Shown: positions 13,463-26,036 of the stretch, in pieces | Numbering within the stretch: position 1 is the stretch's first letter | Layout of the letters: every line of letters begins with the position of its first letter | Source of the DNA: Octopus sinensis | Lineage: Eukaryota | Assembly (NCBI RefSeq): GCF_006345805.1 | Contig: NC_043004.1 | Span: 74,214,001-74,278,000, forward strand | DNA length: 64,000 nt | Direction of reading: 5' to 3' | Translations under genes and position numbers: made by a program | Notes under the pieces: model-generated | Told to the model about the DNA's origin: nothing | The model's input: the letters and a program-made list of their open reading frames with translations, nothing else | Database searches by the model: none

Positions 13463-14938
13463 AACTTAGATAAACTTAGATATGTTTCGACCAAAGATTG
13501 GTCCAGGCCATGTCTAACTTAATAGCACCACCTGCTAGGATTATTCGAATCCTGTTTAAGTCAAGTTTTGTTTAAGTCAAGTTTTGTTTAAGTCAAGTTT
13601 TGTTTAAGTCAAGTTTTGTTCAAGTAGTGAGTTCTTGTTGGGTGAGTTGTATCCAATTATGGGTGGCTTATCTGGTATTCTTTGAAGGAATCTATCCAGA
13701 CTCTGTTTAAAGTTGATGGGATCCTTTTCCTCTTTGATCTCTCTCGGGACAATGTTAAATAGGGCAGGGCCTGTTGAGGAAAGAAATTATGTTGTAGTGT
13801 ACATGTATGTTGTGATCTTGAATTGGGCAGGGGACGTATAGCCCGTGGTCCAAGTCTTGGATGGACCTTGAAGCTAATGTTTAGGTCGTTTGGGCAAAGT
13901 TGGCGGTATATTTTCCACATCGTACAAATGATGTACCGCTCACGGCGACGCTGTAGGGAGTAACGTTTCAAGGCTTTAAGGCGATCCCAATAATCGAGAG
14001 CAGCCATGCCTTCAATTCGTTTAGTGAGTGCCCTCTGGGGTGACTCAATTCTGGAGATGTTTTGTCTTGTGTGAGGAGACCACAGTGGGCAGCAGTATTC
14101 AAGGTGTAGCCGTACAAAGGAGGAAAAATGTGGTATGATGACACCTTGTTCTCTGGACCGGAAAGTTCTTAAGATCCAGGAACACATCCTACGAGCTATA
14201 TCGACCTTCTTGTTGATGTGTGCACTCCAACTGAGATCGTCATCAACAATTACACCCAGGTCTCTGATATTGTTAGAGGCTGTGAGCGGTTCCCCTGAAG
14301 GAAGAGAGTATGGCTGTTTTAGTGAGGAGTTTCTTCCAAAATGCATCAGCTCAAATTTTCCCTCGTTCAGTTGCATTTTGTTTCTGTCTGCCCATTGACT
14401 CACAGCATATAGATCAGACTGGAGTTGAGTTCGGTCTGCTTCTTCATTGACGATTTGCTGGAGCTTGGTGTCATCAGCGAATATTTTCACTTTGCAGTAA
14501 TGTACGACACTGGAAAGGTCGTTTATGTAGATTATGAAGAGTAGCGAACCCAAGACAGTCCTCTGGGGGACACCGCTGGTGACTTTTGCTGGGCTTGAGT
14601 GGACTCCATCAACTACAACATGTTGTGTTCTATTCGCCAGGAAATACTTGATCCAGTGTAGAACTTTTCCACGGATTCCAACATTTGCCAATTTTGAGAG
14701 TAGGATATGATGGTCTACCCTGTCGAACGCTTTACTGAAGTCAAGATATATGACATCAGAGTTCGAACCTGTTCCCAAGGCTTTGAGTACATCTTCAATG
14801 TGGTGTAAGAGCTGTGTTAGACAGTCCCTGCCACAGCGAAAGCCATGCTGATTTGCATTTAGGAGTTTCTGGGTCTCCAGGAAGTCAGCCATCCTTGATC
14901 TTAACACTCTTTCAAACACTTTGATGATGTGGGAGGTG

Positions 14939-14940
<2 letters not shown>
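13461..14940 (-). mobile_element. 5'-truncated CR1/L2-type LINE with open RT frame and intact 3' end
   Basis: The real part of ORF 13657-15009 carries RT motifs (NQHGFR, YLDFSKAFD, SGVPQ, FADDTK, LEYCCPLWSP). The 3' UTR has 4x a 16-bp repeat, a stem-loop and a (TATCTAAGTT)2 tail; (TA)n on both sides. Confidence 0.92.
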
Positions 14941-14998
<58 letters not shown>

Positions 14999-15092
14999 GC
15001 TCGTTTCAAGCGGTTGCAATTAATTTAACAATGCAATCATTACATGTGTATGTGTGTGTGTATTTATTTATTTTATATATGTATATATAGAG

Positions 15093-15159
<67 letters not shown>

Positions 15160-15204
15160 AGGAAGCGTAGCAATGTGGTAAGAAGTTTCCTTCGTAATCA
15201 CACG

Positions 15205-15470
15205 GCTCCGCGGTTGGGATTTTCTATCGGGTTCTCTTTTCTCTGGTGTTCCTCTCTTTATTTCTCGATCTTTCTCAAGCATCTTTGATGGAACGCCTCT
15301 AGTTTTCTCTTTTCACAATGCTCTTCCTTGTCCTTGTTGTCGTGAACAGCTGTTGAGAGGTACATTCTATTATAGATTTGTATCATTGTGTATAGACCGT
15401 TGTTGGTAAAGAACTATATACCACAGATTCTCCGGAATACTGTGCAGATCCCAGATCAAATTACCCAAAA
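15205..15470 (-). mobile_element. RTE-like LINE remnant (also at about 760-1010)
   Basis: Minus strand encodes CEKRKLEAFHQRCLRK, typical of the post-RT region of RTE; similar to 31480-31800. Confidence 0.5.
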
Positions 15471-15825
15471 CGGAAAAATAGCATTCAGCCAAAATAGCTT
15501 TAAACGTAGCAAAGTTTTACAATAATAGTTAATTACAAGTATACTTTTATTAGTTTCTATTTAATAGATTTAATGTTTCTATTAGTTACAGGTAAGTTTA
15601 CATTAATGAGTATGCAGTGTTTTTATTATTAACTTTTGATTTATGAAATGATGTATTTCACTCATAATTAGTTTATTATTCGTAAATTCAATTCAATTGT
15701 GTTTTCTTTTGGAGAGGAAATAAAGTTTTCATCTTTTATTATAGTAGTAACTATGGAAGACTGACGGGATGCATATTTGTAAGGACTTTAAGATTGCTGG
15801 TTATTTAGTATATAATTTAGTTATT

Positions 15826-16137
15826 ATATTGTTGTATTTAGGAATGGTCATTTTGCCAGTTTAGCCAATAAAAACACACGCACTATATATTTGGAGTTAC
15901 TTTGCTTCAGCGTTATTTATTTTTTTACTTTTTTTACATTAATCTTAATCTTATTTCGGCCAGAGTTCTTTCGGCACACACCTGTGACCTCATCAGTGGT
16001 CCTTTGCTGTCTTCTTTCTTATTTGTGTGTCTCTCCTTACTAACGGTCAGCCATTTTGTATTTTGTATTCCTATTGTATGTGTCTTCATTTGCGCATATT
16101 AAACTGGCAAAATGACCATTCCTAAATACAACAATAT
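15826..16137 (-). mobile_element. 312-bp element bounded by perfect 38-bp inverted repeats with a minimal hammerhead motif
   Basis: IRs at 15826-15863 and 16100-16137. Minus strand 16002-15958 reads GGACCA-CUGAUGA-GGUCACAGGUGUGUGCC-GAAA-GAAC-UC-UGGCC. Confidence 0.75.
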
Positions 16138-16588
16138 CTGTTTCAACACACGATTTCGCATAAAAATTCTTGAAAAGCAAATATATTAGTTATTATAGGT
16201 TTACTATTAATACTGATACAGATATACATAGATTTATGTATATCTTTGTTGTAGTTTAATTTTAAAGTTAGTGTTTAATCCTGCCTTTACTTAAAGGTTT
16301 GGTCGCTGTTTAGTTACATATTTAGGAGTTGGTTATTGGTTTACTTATTGAATTTTTTATTGATACTGTTGTACATTGGGTAAATGTGTTTGAAATTTGT
16401 TGTTTCTTTGGCATGTTTGTTCCCAAACAACACTTATTTTAGTGATGTTGACACCGCCGGATTGAATGGTACTGCCCAAGTCTCGAAACCATAAGGATGT
16501 CCGTGGGGCAGCTGATGATAGATTTATGTTGGATTGTTGGTATGATTGTTTTTGTATATGTGAAATCGTGTTATAACACATCCTGTTG

Positions 16589-16633
<45 letters not shown>

Positions 16634-17853
16634 GCTATGTATAAATATATTCTTTGTACACATTCATAGATGTATATATACTGAGAGAGATTTTGGGTAG
16701 CTTTGATCATGTTATTTCCAATGTTTGTTCAGAGAACGGAGCCTTATAACCTATGCTAGAAGTGATCTAGTACATCCAGTTTCAAAATGATTCGATTGTT
16801 TTCTAACGACGCGATCCTGCACAAACGCTCGCCGTATCAGACTGAAATATTTATTCTAATGGATAGCAAACGCCAAGTATGTGTGTGTATGTGTGTATGT
16901 ATTTTTTAAATCTTGTTGTTGCTGCTGTTTTTTTGCATCATTGTTGTTGGCGTTGTTTTTATTCAGTTTTATTTCTTTCACCTTTCTCGGGAATTCCCTT
17001 GGGAAATTTATGAGCAGCTTCATAGATAAATGTTTTAAATTTTCTTTGTTCTTTGAAAAGTAAAGTAATCAAAAAATTAAGAAAGATGGGATTTCTAGCA
17101 ACATTTTTCAGGAAGTTGTTTTTTTTAAACAAGTTTCTAAGCCTAAGAATGCACTACCGGAAAGTTAGAAGACAGGTCCACATTGAAATTTACTAGTCTG
17201 AAGTATTATTTTTTCATGACCCCTGAAAATCTACCGTAGACTTCCAATTTACTACATTGTATCCGTGGACCACTAAAAATCTTATATGGACCTGGGTTCA
17301 GAACCCTTGGTCTAAGCAATCTTACATTTTATTATTTTCAACGTTTGTTTATAGGACGGAGATCCACTTATAATAACAGATGCTAGAGGGAAGCAAGTAC
17401 ATCCTGCTGTAACATTATTCGATTGTTTTCTGACGACGCTATTGTGCACAAATGTGTGCTGTGTCATACGGAAATATTTCTTCCAGTAGATTTAAACATA
17501 TTTAAACTTGTATTTTAACTTCAAAATTTACAAGCTTAATATATTTCTCATTTTAAAGGCGACATATCTTCTACTGATCCATTCTCTGTATTGAAATATT
17601 TGGCAAGGCATAATGGTATTTCTATCAAGTGTTATAAAACGTGATGATTTCAAATGCCACCAATACAGCTTGCCTTAATGTAAACAATTAATGCTTCTAT
17701 AAACAAAAGCAAATGATTAAAAATAACCTCCAGATGTTCATATTTCTGATAATATTTGTTAGTCTTAATTTGCATCTTTTGTTTTCACAATTATTTTCGT
17801 GAGAAATTCCCATCCCGCACGTTTTGGAGTTCGTTTCAATTGTTCAGTAAACG

Positions 17854-17888
17854 CATAAGTATCGATGGTAAACCTTCCAGAATCAGTT
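17854..17888 (+). promoter_or_regulatory. Gene A core promoter: variant TATA (CATAAGTA) and Inr TCAGTT
   Basis: CATAAGTA at 17854-17861 lies 31 nt before the A of TCAGTT (17885), positionally equivalent to the TATAAATA/TCAGTT pair of gene B. Confidence 0.6.
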
Positions 17889-17918
17889 GTGGTGTTGCCA
17901 ATTGACCAAACGACAACC

Positions 17919-17967
17919 ATGGTGCAAAGAACATTAATTATTTTTGCTATCCTGCTGTTTGTAACAG
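17919..17967 (+). CDS. Gene A exon 1: signal peptide MVQRTLIIFAILLFVT(A)
   Basis: ATG, hydrophobic core, phase-1 G|GTAAG donor. 43/49 nt identical to gene B exon 1; 4 of the 6 changes are synonymous. Confidence 0.9.
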
Positions 17968-18479
17968 GTAAGAAAAAGTAAAATAGTATATATATTCAAC
18001 TTATCACTTCTCTTTCTTATTCATTTATTGATATTGTGTTGCAGTCATGAGAGAATGTTCATAACATTGTAGTATTTAGTTAAAGCTTTTTCTATCCCTT
18101 TCAATTGGGCCAGGGTTGATGTTAACTTCCAGACATCAGTGGGTTGATTATATACTGTCAAGTCAAATTTTATCCCTTTTCTTAAGTATGAAATCTTGTG
18201 CGTATATTATTAAATTATTATTTTGTTTGAGTCAGTAAAAGTCTCACAAAATCATTACCAGCAGTCCATCAGTTTGTGGTCAATTCTTGCTAAGATTAAC
18301 TTTGCCTTCTTAGTTTTCTGTTCGATAAAATTAGTTTCAGATCCAGAACGAAGATAGATTTCGTCGAGTTTACCCTTGCACCGATGTGTCTGGCCATGTA
18401 ATAAATTAATCATCAGTAGTTTGGCAGAGTCAGTGGAGTGTAGTTAATTCAAATCAGCTTTAATCTTTCTAGGTGAATT

Positions 18480-19380
18480 GCTGATTGTGCAAAGAAGACT
18501 TCAAATGTGACTAGTGGCGATTTTTCTTGAAAATGGACAGTGTTGCATCGTGATGTTATCAAGTACATGCAGAAAAAGTGTTTAGCGTCCAATGACATTC
18601 ATGCTGACATGGTTGCTACATTAGGGGATGAAGCTCCAGCTTTATCAACAATGCAAAAGTGGGAAGCTGAATTTAGGGGAAGGGAGATTCTTGAAAATTG
18701 ATTGTATTCACAACGTTGTGAAGAACGACAGGTGACTGACTATAAATCGAACAGCCAAAGATTTTACAGTATCCTGTGAGAGAGTAGAAACTATTCTGAA
18801 TAATACAATTGGCGTGCTCGGTGGATGCCATTCTCCTAACAACTGATCTAAAGCGCACCAGGCTGATCACATCATGAGAAAATCTGACATTTACACAGAT
18901 CCAGCTGCTTTCCTTAAACATTTCTATTCTATATTGAGTAATGGTTTCATCACTTTGAGCCAGAGGCAAAGAGACAATGCATGCAGTAGAAACAATCCCT
19001 CTTACCTCCTACAAAGAAGGCCAAGGTAGTTTCATCTGCATGGAAGATAATGGCGTCAGTGTTTCGAGATACGAAAGGTACTGCGTTGACTGACTATCTT
19101 CAAAAGAGGCACACCATCAAAGGAGAGTATTATTCGAAATTGATGGAGCAGTGACGAAAAACTACGAAGATCAAGTGTTCCAGAAAACTGACGGACGGGG
19201 TATTTTTCATCAGGACAATGCTCCAGCACACAAATACTGTGTTTAAATGGCTGCTGTACGTGACTGGGGGTTTGAACTAGTTGATCAACTCCCAATTCTC
19301 CTGACTTGGCCCTGTCAGACTATCATCCTCCACATCTAAAAACACTTCGCTGGGAACCAGTATTGCAGTGATGATATATG
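18480..19380 (+). mobile_element. Old mariner remnant (family 2) in gene A intron
   Basis: Remnants DIHADMVATLGDEAPALSTMQKW, HQDNAP and a degenerate PxSPDL-type motif. Homolog in gene B intron (37320-39540); partial copy at 4040-4346. Confidence 0.8.
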
Positions 19381-20876
19381 TTGTTGCTACTAGTTACTTC
19401 TGAAATCTGTTTTTCAAAGGACAGATATCAATTTACCTGTAATGAAGTAATTTTGTTATTAAAAAGGGTTACAATTAATGTATGCAGCATTTCATAGCTC
19501 TAGCGTCACTCTCACATAGTCAGCATATGAAATTTTCAGCCCTCCCTCGCAACAAATCAATGAAACTCACACATATGGACACGGCCCATACATATGTATA
19601 CATATACATTCATATGCATATTTGTGAAGGTGGGAGTGTGTGTATAATTTTGTCTTTCATAAATGCCTGCTGAAAAGTACCAATTACAAGTTAAACGATT
19701 ACTAATGGAAATCATTCCATCTACTTCTCTACACAGATGTTATTGTATTTCATAAAATACATGATTTTGGCGATGTTAGAAAACCCAAAGTGTTACCGTA
19801 TGATATTTAAAGAGACAAAAATAAGATTATAAAGCCACTTAGACAGCAATCAAACGTTGGGTAATCCTATAGATAATGCGGTTTTTTATACTTCTTTTAT
19901 TTTTCAAAATTAAGATAACCAAAGTTCTTTTATAATCTAAAATATACTCTGCTTAATTTTCTACAATACTTTTCCATCTGTCTGCTAGACCTGCAAAGCC
20001 CCTCTTCCAAAATTCACCTGTGCATGATGAAAAATACTCTTCCAGTACTGTTCTGATCTCGTCAGCTTATTTCTGTTACAAATCTATGGATAATTCTGTA
20101 CACATTCGATGCATGAGTTATTCAAATGGGATAAAGAGAATACAATTTAGTCAACTTTCTTAGTGTCACATTTAAATATCAAATGTTGAATAACAACTGT
20201 GTCAGGTCTATGACACACATTAATTTGTTTTATGATCAAGTATGAAAAGTCGAGTAATTAGAAAAAAAAGAAATAGGTATGTCCTAACTACAGTTAAAAT
20301 GTTTTTATTTATAAGTACGGATGATGAGAGAGAAAGAAGGTGAGTGCTGTGTATTATGTCTATGAAATTATTCCTTCCCCAAGCGGATATCATTGTATAT
20401 AAAATTTGTATCATATTCTCACCTCCATGTTTGAAATACACAGCAGTAATAACATCCAGGCAAGGGGATATATTATAATAAATACACAAGTGTATATACA
20501 GCAATTACAATAATAATCCATCGATGGAATTTATAAATATTTTATTGCATCGCTACGCACGTTTCCACAAATTACAAGTTTCTTAATAGCATAGACCATA
20601 TTCTTAGGATAAATGGACTGTAGTCCATGGGCAACCAGTGTCCTCGTTTACATCATGTTCATGCATTCAGTTCTTCGAGCAAAATAATATTAATACATGC
20701 TTAACGGATGTTTTTTTTACGAATTTTGACAAATGAGAAAGTAGACTGGGGTATGTGGGCAGTTTTATAGCAGACTGGTGGGTTGTATGTTCCATTTCAT
20801 TGCGTTTGAGCCTCAGGATGAAGTTAGCATATGTGTGTGTGTGTGTGTGTGTGTGTGTATGCATATATATATGTAC

Positions 20877-20938
<62 letters not shown>

Positions 20939-21054
20939 ATATATATATATATATGGATATGTATATATATATATATACATATATAAAGCAATACAATACG
21001 TGTGTCATAGAGCAAATATTCTATTGTGTGTGTGTGTGTGTATGCATATATATA

Positions 21055-21118
<64 letters not shown>

Positions 21119-21123
<5 letters not shown>

Positions 21124-22117
21124 TAGATAAAACTTAGATATGTTTCGACCAAAGATTGGTCCAGGCCATGTCTAACTTAATAGCACCACCTGATAGGATT
21201 ATTCGAATCCTGTTTAAGTCAAGTTTTGTTTAAGTCAAGTTTTGTTCAAGTAGTGAGTTCTTGTTGGGTGAGTTGTATCCAATTATGGGTGGCTTATCTG
21301 GTATTCTTTGAAGGAATCTATCCAGACTCTGTTTAAAGTTGATGGGATCCTTTTACTCTTTGATCTCCCTCGGGACAATGTTAAATAGGGCAGGGCCTGT
21401 TGAGGAAAAGAAATTATGTTGTTGTGTACATGTATGTTGTGATCTTGAATTTAACAGGGGACGTATAGCCCGTGGTCCAAGTCTTGGATGGACCTTGAAG
21501 CTAATGTTTAGGTCGTTTGGGCAAAGTTGGCGGTATATTTTCCACATCGTACAAATGATGTACCGCTCACGGCGACGCTGTAGGGAGTAAAGTTTCAAGG
21601 CTTTAAGGCGATCCCAATAATCGAGAGCAGCCATGCCTTCAATTTGTTTAGTGAGAGCCCTCTGGGGTGACTCAATTCTGGAGATGTTTTGTCTTGTGTG
21701 AGGAGACCACAGTGGGCAGCAGTATTCAAGGTGTGGCCGTACAAAGGAGGAAAAATGTGGTATGATGACACCTTGTTCTCTGGACCGGAAAGTTCTTAAG
21801 ATCCAGGAACACATCCTACGAGCTATATCGACCTTCTTGTTGATGTGTGCACTCCAACTGAGATCGTCATCAACAATTACACCCAGGTCTCTGATATTGT
21901 TAGAGGCTGCGAGCGGTTCCCCTGAAGGAAGAGAGTATGGTTGTTTTAGTGAGGAATTTCTTCCAAAATGCATCAGCTCAAATTTTCCCTCTTTCAGTTG
22001 CATTTTGTTTCTGTCTGCCCATTGACTCACAGCATATAGATCAGACTGGAGTTGAGTTCGGTCTGCTTCTTCATTGACGATTTGCTGGAACTTAGTGTCA
22101 TCAGCGAATATTTTCAC
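21119..22117 (-). mobile_element. Shorter 5'-truncated copy of the CR1/L2-type LINE in gene A intron
   Basis: Near-identical to 13461-14490; begins at VKIFADDTK, has 2 copies of the 16-bp UTR repeat and sits inside (TA)n. Confidence 0.92.
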
Positions 22118-22120
22118 TGA

Positions 22121-22210
<90 letters not shown>

Positions 22211-22680
22211 ATATGTATATATATATGTATACATATATAAAGGAATACAATACGTGTGTCATAGAGCAAATATTCTATCGTAGGACTTAAACTACGGCAT
22301 TCATCTCGAGAAAACATCTCTTAAAAACATATAGTATTAATAAAGTACTGAAGTATATCACTAGCAAGCGATAATAGCAGCTTCATAATGGCATAGTTAA
22401 ATACAAATGTCTTTCTTCTGCTTTAGATATATGTAGGAGCAAGTATCCTTAAGCAATCGCATGCTAAAATTAATTACTACTAATATACTGTGGGACACAC
22501 AAAAAAAAAAACTGGTTCAGGAGTATCCAGTGGTACAGACGTATCTCGTTGGGTGATAAATAAATAAATAATGTCGTTAAAATGACTGTTCCATAATACA
22601 ACTGTAGAGAGAAAAACAGCCAGACGGAGGAGAATTTTTCATATATACATATAGAAGATCCCAAAATAAAATTGCATAAG

Positions 22681-22722
<42 letters not shown>

Positions 22723-22726
22723 CGTT

Positions 22727-22763
<37 letters not shown>

Positions 22764-23640
22764 ATTATGTATGTATGTATAATGATATTATTGTTTATAA
22801 TAATAATATCAGTGGCTTAGCATGCGTTAAAACCGATAACTGTGAAAAGAAATTATCAATTAATAATTAAGTGTACTAACGTGCTAAATATAGCAGCCAA
22901 GGTAACCAAACCACAAATTTTTCACTAAAACACCAAGTTGAAAGCAAGTAAATGACAGAAAATCCTAAATCCCCGTACCAATGATGAAAATAATCGAAAA
23001 CTGAAAAAGGCATCGTGATTTCGAACGTTGAGAAAAATTCTTAGTTTATCTTTGTGGTTTGGTCATTTTGACTGCTATATTTATAAGCCAGTACTGTTTG
23101 TTAGTACCCTTAATTATTAATCGATATTTTTTTAACGCTATGGGCATTTTATGCATGTTAAGCCACTGATATTATCATAAATAACATTATCCTCATATAT
23201 ATTTAAATAATTTTTATTCACTTCTATCATTTTCTAAAATTTGCTTCGGCATTAAAAACGGTCATCGTACAAATTGGTGAGATGAATAATCTCTATAACC
23301 CTGTAGCAATAAGACTCATTGAAGATAAACTCATTGAAGTTCGATATGACGGTGATACGGGTATGTCTGGCTTCTTCAACTTTCGATTATTTTCCTCATT
23401 GGTAGAGGATTTTGGGATATTTATTCGTTTGCCCGCGTCCACTATTGCGTCTAAATGAAATTTTGTGGTTTGGTCATTTTGACTGCTATATTTAGCATGC
23501 TGGTACTGTTTGTCAGGACCCTCAAGTATTAATATATATATATATAAACCTATTTTCAAATTCACATAATGAATTAAATGTTTCACACACACGCATATAT
23601 ATATATATATGTATGTTTCTACATATTTATATGTATGTGC

Positions 23641-23700
<60 letters not shown>

Positions 23701-23702
<2 letters not shown>

Positions 23703-24420
23703 AGGAGTATCAGGTTCTGTTTGATTTCTTACATCTCATTTTTCAAGACAACTCGATATTTTGATGAACAGCTTAAAGTTGTAACTATCAGATAAATGTT
23801 AGCTGCCATGCAGGGCTAGAATATTGAAAAAGATTTATCTACATCATGATGAATTGTCCCGGGTAAAAAAAATGTCGATATCATGAGTGCTGCCAAATGC
23901 ACTGTGATCACTTTTAAGACGGAGACTACGAAACTGGCCGGTAGGAAGGGACAGAGCAGGCGTTCTGACTGTGCCTGCGCTTCGAAGTTCATCCATCTTC
24001 TTTGAACAGAATGTAAGTCTCAATTCAGATGGTATGAGAATCTTCTGGAGATTGGTCAAACCATAGCCGGAAAGGGTTACTGATTGATCACCATATATGT
24101 GACGGAAAGAAACAGAATAGTTGTCGGAGAATTTCTACGAGTGTACATGCCCTGATTTCTGGCCTCCTACTTCCTCCTATTGTCATCCTATGGATTACTG
24201 TATGTGGGGTGCGGTTTAAGAAGACACCAGCCACTGTGCCTGTAATACAAAGATCGTACTGGTGGTAAAGATCAAGGAGCTCGAAAGTGAAAGTGTTTGA
24301 AAATCTTTCCAAAGATATAGTGAGGGACGCACTACTAGGTTCCGGAAAAGACTCGACGCCGTGGTGGAAGATGTGGACGGCTACCTTGAGTCGACTGTTA
24401 TCTCCAGGCCATAAGCTAGT
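23701..24420 (+). mobile_element. Degenerate Tc1/mariner-superfamily remnant, homolog at 41215-42010
   Basis: Degenerate WPP.SPD..PMDY.MWG-like segment near 24150-24210; aligned to 41215-42010, both preceded by (GT)n and CAGG. Confidence 0.6.
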
Positions 24421-24619
24421 GGATGGTTTTTTTAATAATTTCATTTCTGGATAAGAGATTAAGTTTTCTTTTCCTTTTATGCAATCTTTTAAGTTTGCCC
24501 GCATAACCTTTGATGCATGCACACGCACACACATATACACACATACACATACAAATAAACACACACATAAACATAAATTCATACACACATACATATATAT
24601 TGTCATCGTTCATTTTATT

Positions 24620-25290
24620 TCAAGATTTCTTGCCAATAGAGGAAGAACCGGTTTCTAACCTAGATTCAAGGCTCCTTCATTGAAATTTCAACATTAACAA
24701 CAGGGTATTTCTGTTTGTATGTATGTATGTGTACAGATTTGTATGTTTTGCTTTATGTATGTATTCTCGTGCATATGGTTGCATATCTAGACATGCTCAT
24801 ATATATTTAAATGATAAACTTCCGGAAATTTTTACAGATTTTTACAGTTCCAGTGATGGATTGGATCTGTAGTCTTCGAATTAGTTTTTTCCATTCTGGT
24901 TTTGAGAAGCCAAATTTCTCAAGATTGGTATTTAGGCAGTGCGTTACATATCCCAGTGTGCCAATAATTGCAAGTATAAACCTGAACTTGTAATCTGGAT
25001 AGAGTAAGTGCACATTTCTCAATAGTTCAGTGTAGGTATTCTCTTTTTCACTGATCTTCAGCTTTATGTTAACATCCGCTGGGCAGCTAATTTCCACAAC
25101 TGTACACGGTTTCTCTTCTCTATCCCAAATCATAATATCAGGTCTATCGTGCTTACATTTTATTGAGCTCTTTGGTATATTTCACCAGTATTCCTTTTTA
25201 TTATGAGTGAATATAGCTTCTACCATACTGTGGGTTCTTATTTCTTTGTCCTCGGGGCCATCCCTCCGACGGATTTCATCATAGAGTGTC
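24620..25290 (-). mobile_element. 3' end of an R4/Dong-like LINE (restriction-like endonuclease)
   Basis: HDRPDIMIWDREEKPCTVVEISCPADVN..IIGTLGYV..ITGTVKICKNF (ORF 24807-25133), a PD..E-type RLE motif. Confidence 0.8.
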
Positions 25291-25457
25291 CTAGCTACAA
25301 CGTCGTGTCTCATCGGTAGATAATACCGTGATGACATTTTCAGACAACTGCTTATGATGTGGGTGACTTCTATGAATGTGTGTATTTATGTATATGCATT
25401 TGTAGATATAAATTTGACAAAAATATTTTTCCTTTCCTTTTATATTAAGAATATATA

Positions 25458-25860
25458 GGCGCAGGAGTGGCTGTGTGGTAAGTAGCTTGTTTACCAACCA
25501 CATGGTTCCGGGTTCAGTCTCACTGTGTGGCACCTTGGGCAAGTGTCTTCTACTATAGCCTCGGACCGACCAAAGCCTTTTGAGTGGATTTGGTGGACGG
25601 AAACTGAAAGAAGCCAGTCGTATATATGTATATATATGTATATATGTGTGTGCGTATATGTTTGAGTTTGTCCTCCTAGCATTGTTTGACAACCGATGCT
25701 GGTGTGTTTATGTCCCCGTAACTCAGCGGTTCGGCAAAAGAGACCGATAGAATAAGTACTGGGCTTACAAAGAATAAGTCCCGGGGTCGAGTTGCTCGAT
25801 TAAAGGCGATGCTCCAGCATGGCCGCAGTCAAATGACTGAAACAGTAAAAGAGAGTAAAG
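25458..25860 (+). mobile_element. Full-length tRNA-derived SINE
   Basis: GGCGCAGGAGTGGCTGTGTGGTAAG..GGTTCAGTC head, central (TA/TG) tract, tail CCAGCATGGCCGCAGTCAAATGACTGAAAC. Fragments at 46080-46160 and 62821-62970. Confidence 0.85.
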
Positions 25861-26036
25861 AGAGATATGAAAATAGATTTCAAATTTAATTTTGTTTCTA
25901 AAAATATGCAAAATAACACAAATTTCAGGTATGAATATTTGACCAAGAGACTTTTCTTCGTTTTCCACTTTCCAAACACGTGTTATAATGTTTACCTGAT
26001 AACATGTTCGAATAAAATGCTAAAGGCCGCGAAAAA

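Noticed and set aside
13484-13510. Hammerhead at the LINE 3' end (hairpin followed by GAAAC)
   Set aside because: No CUGANGA core upstream; treated as a recognition stem-loop.
13556-13622. CRISPR-like or functional short-repeat array
   Set aside because: Contiguous 16-bp tandem repeat without spacers inside a LINE 3' UTR, in eukaryotic DNA.
13657-15009. 450-aa protein as a host gene
   Set aside because: The N-terminus is a (TA)n translation fused to a 5'-truncated LINE RT lacking its endonuclease.
20667-21093. ORFs rich in YIYI, VCVC, HTYI, MYVC, poly-E/K/S/T/V (also 29035-31162, 43337-45173, 48526-49336, 50739-53107, 55783-56182)
   Set aside because: Translations of microsatellites; no splice or homology support.
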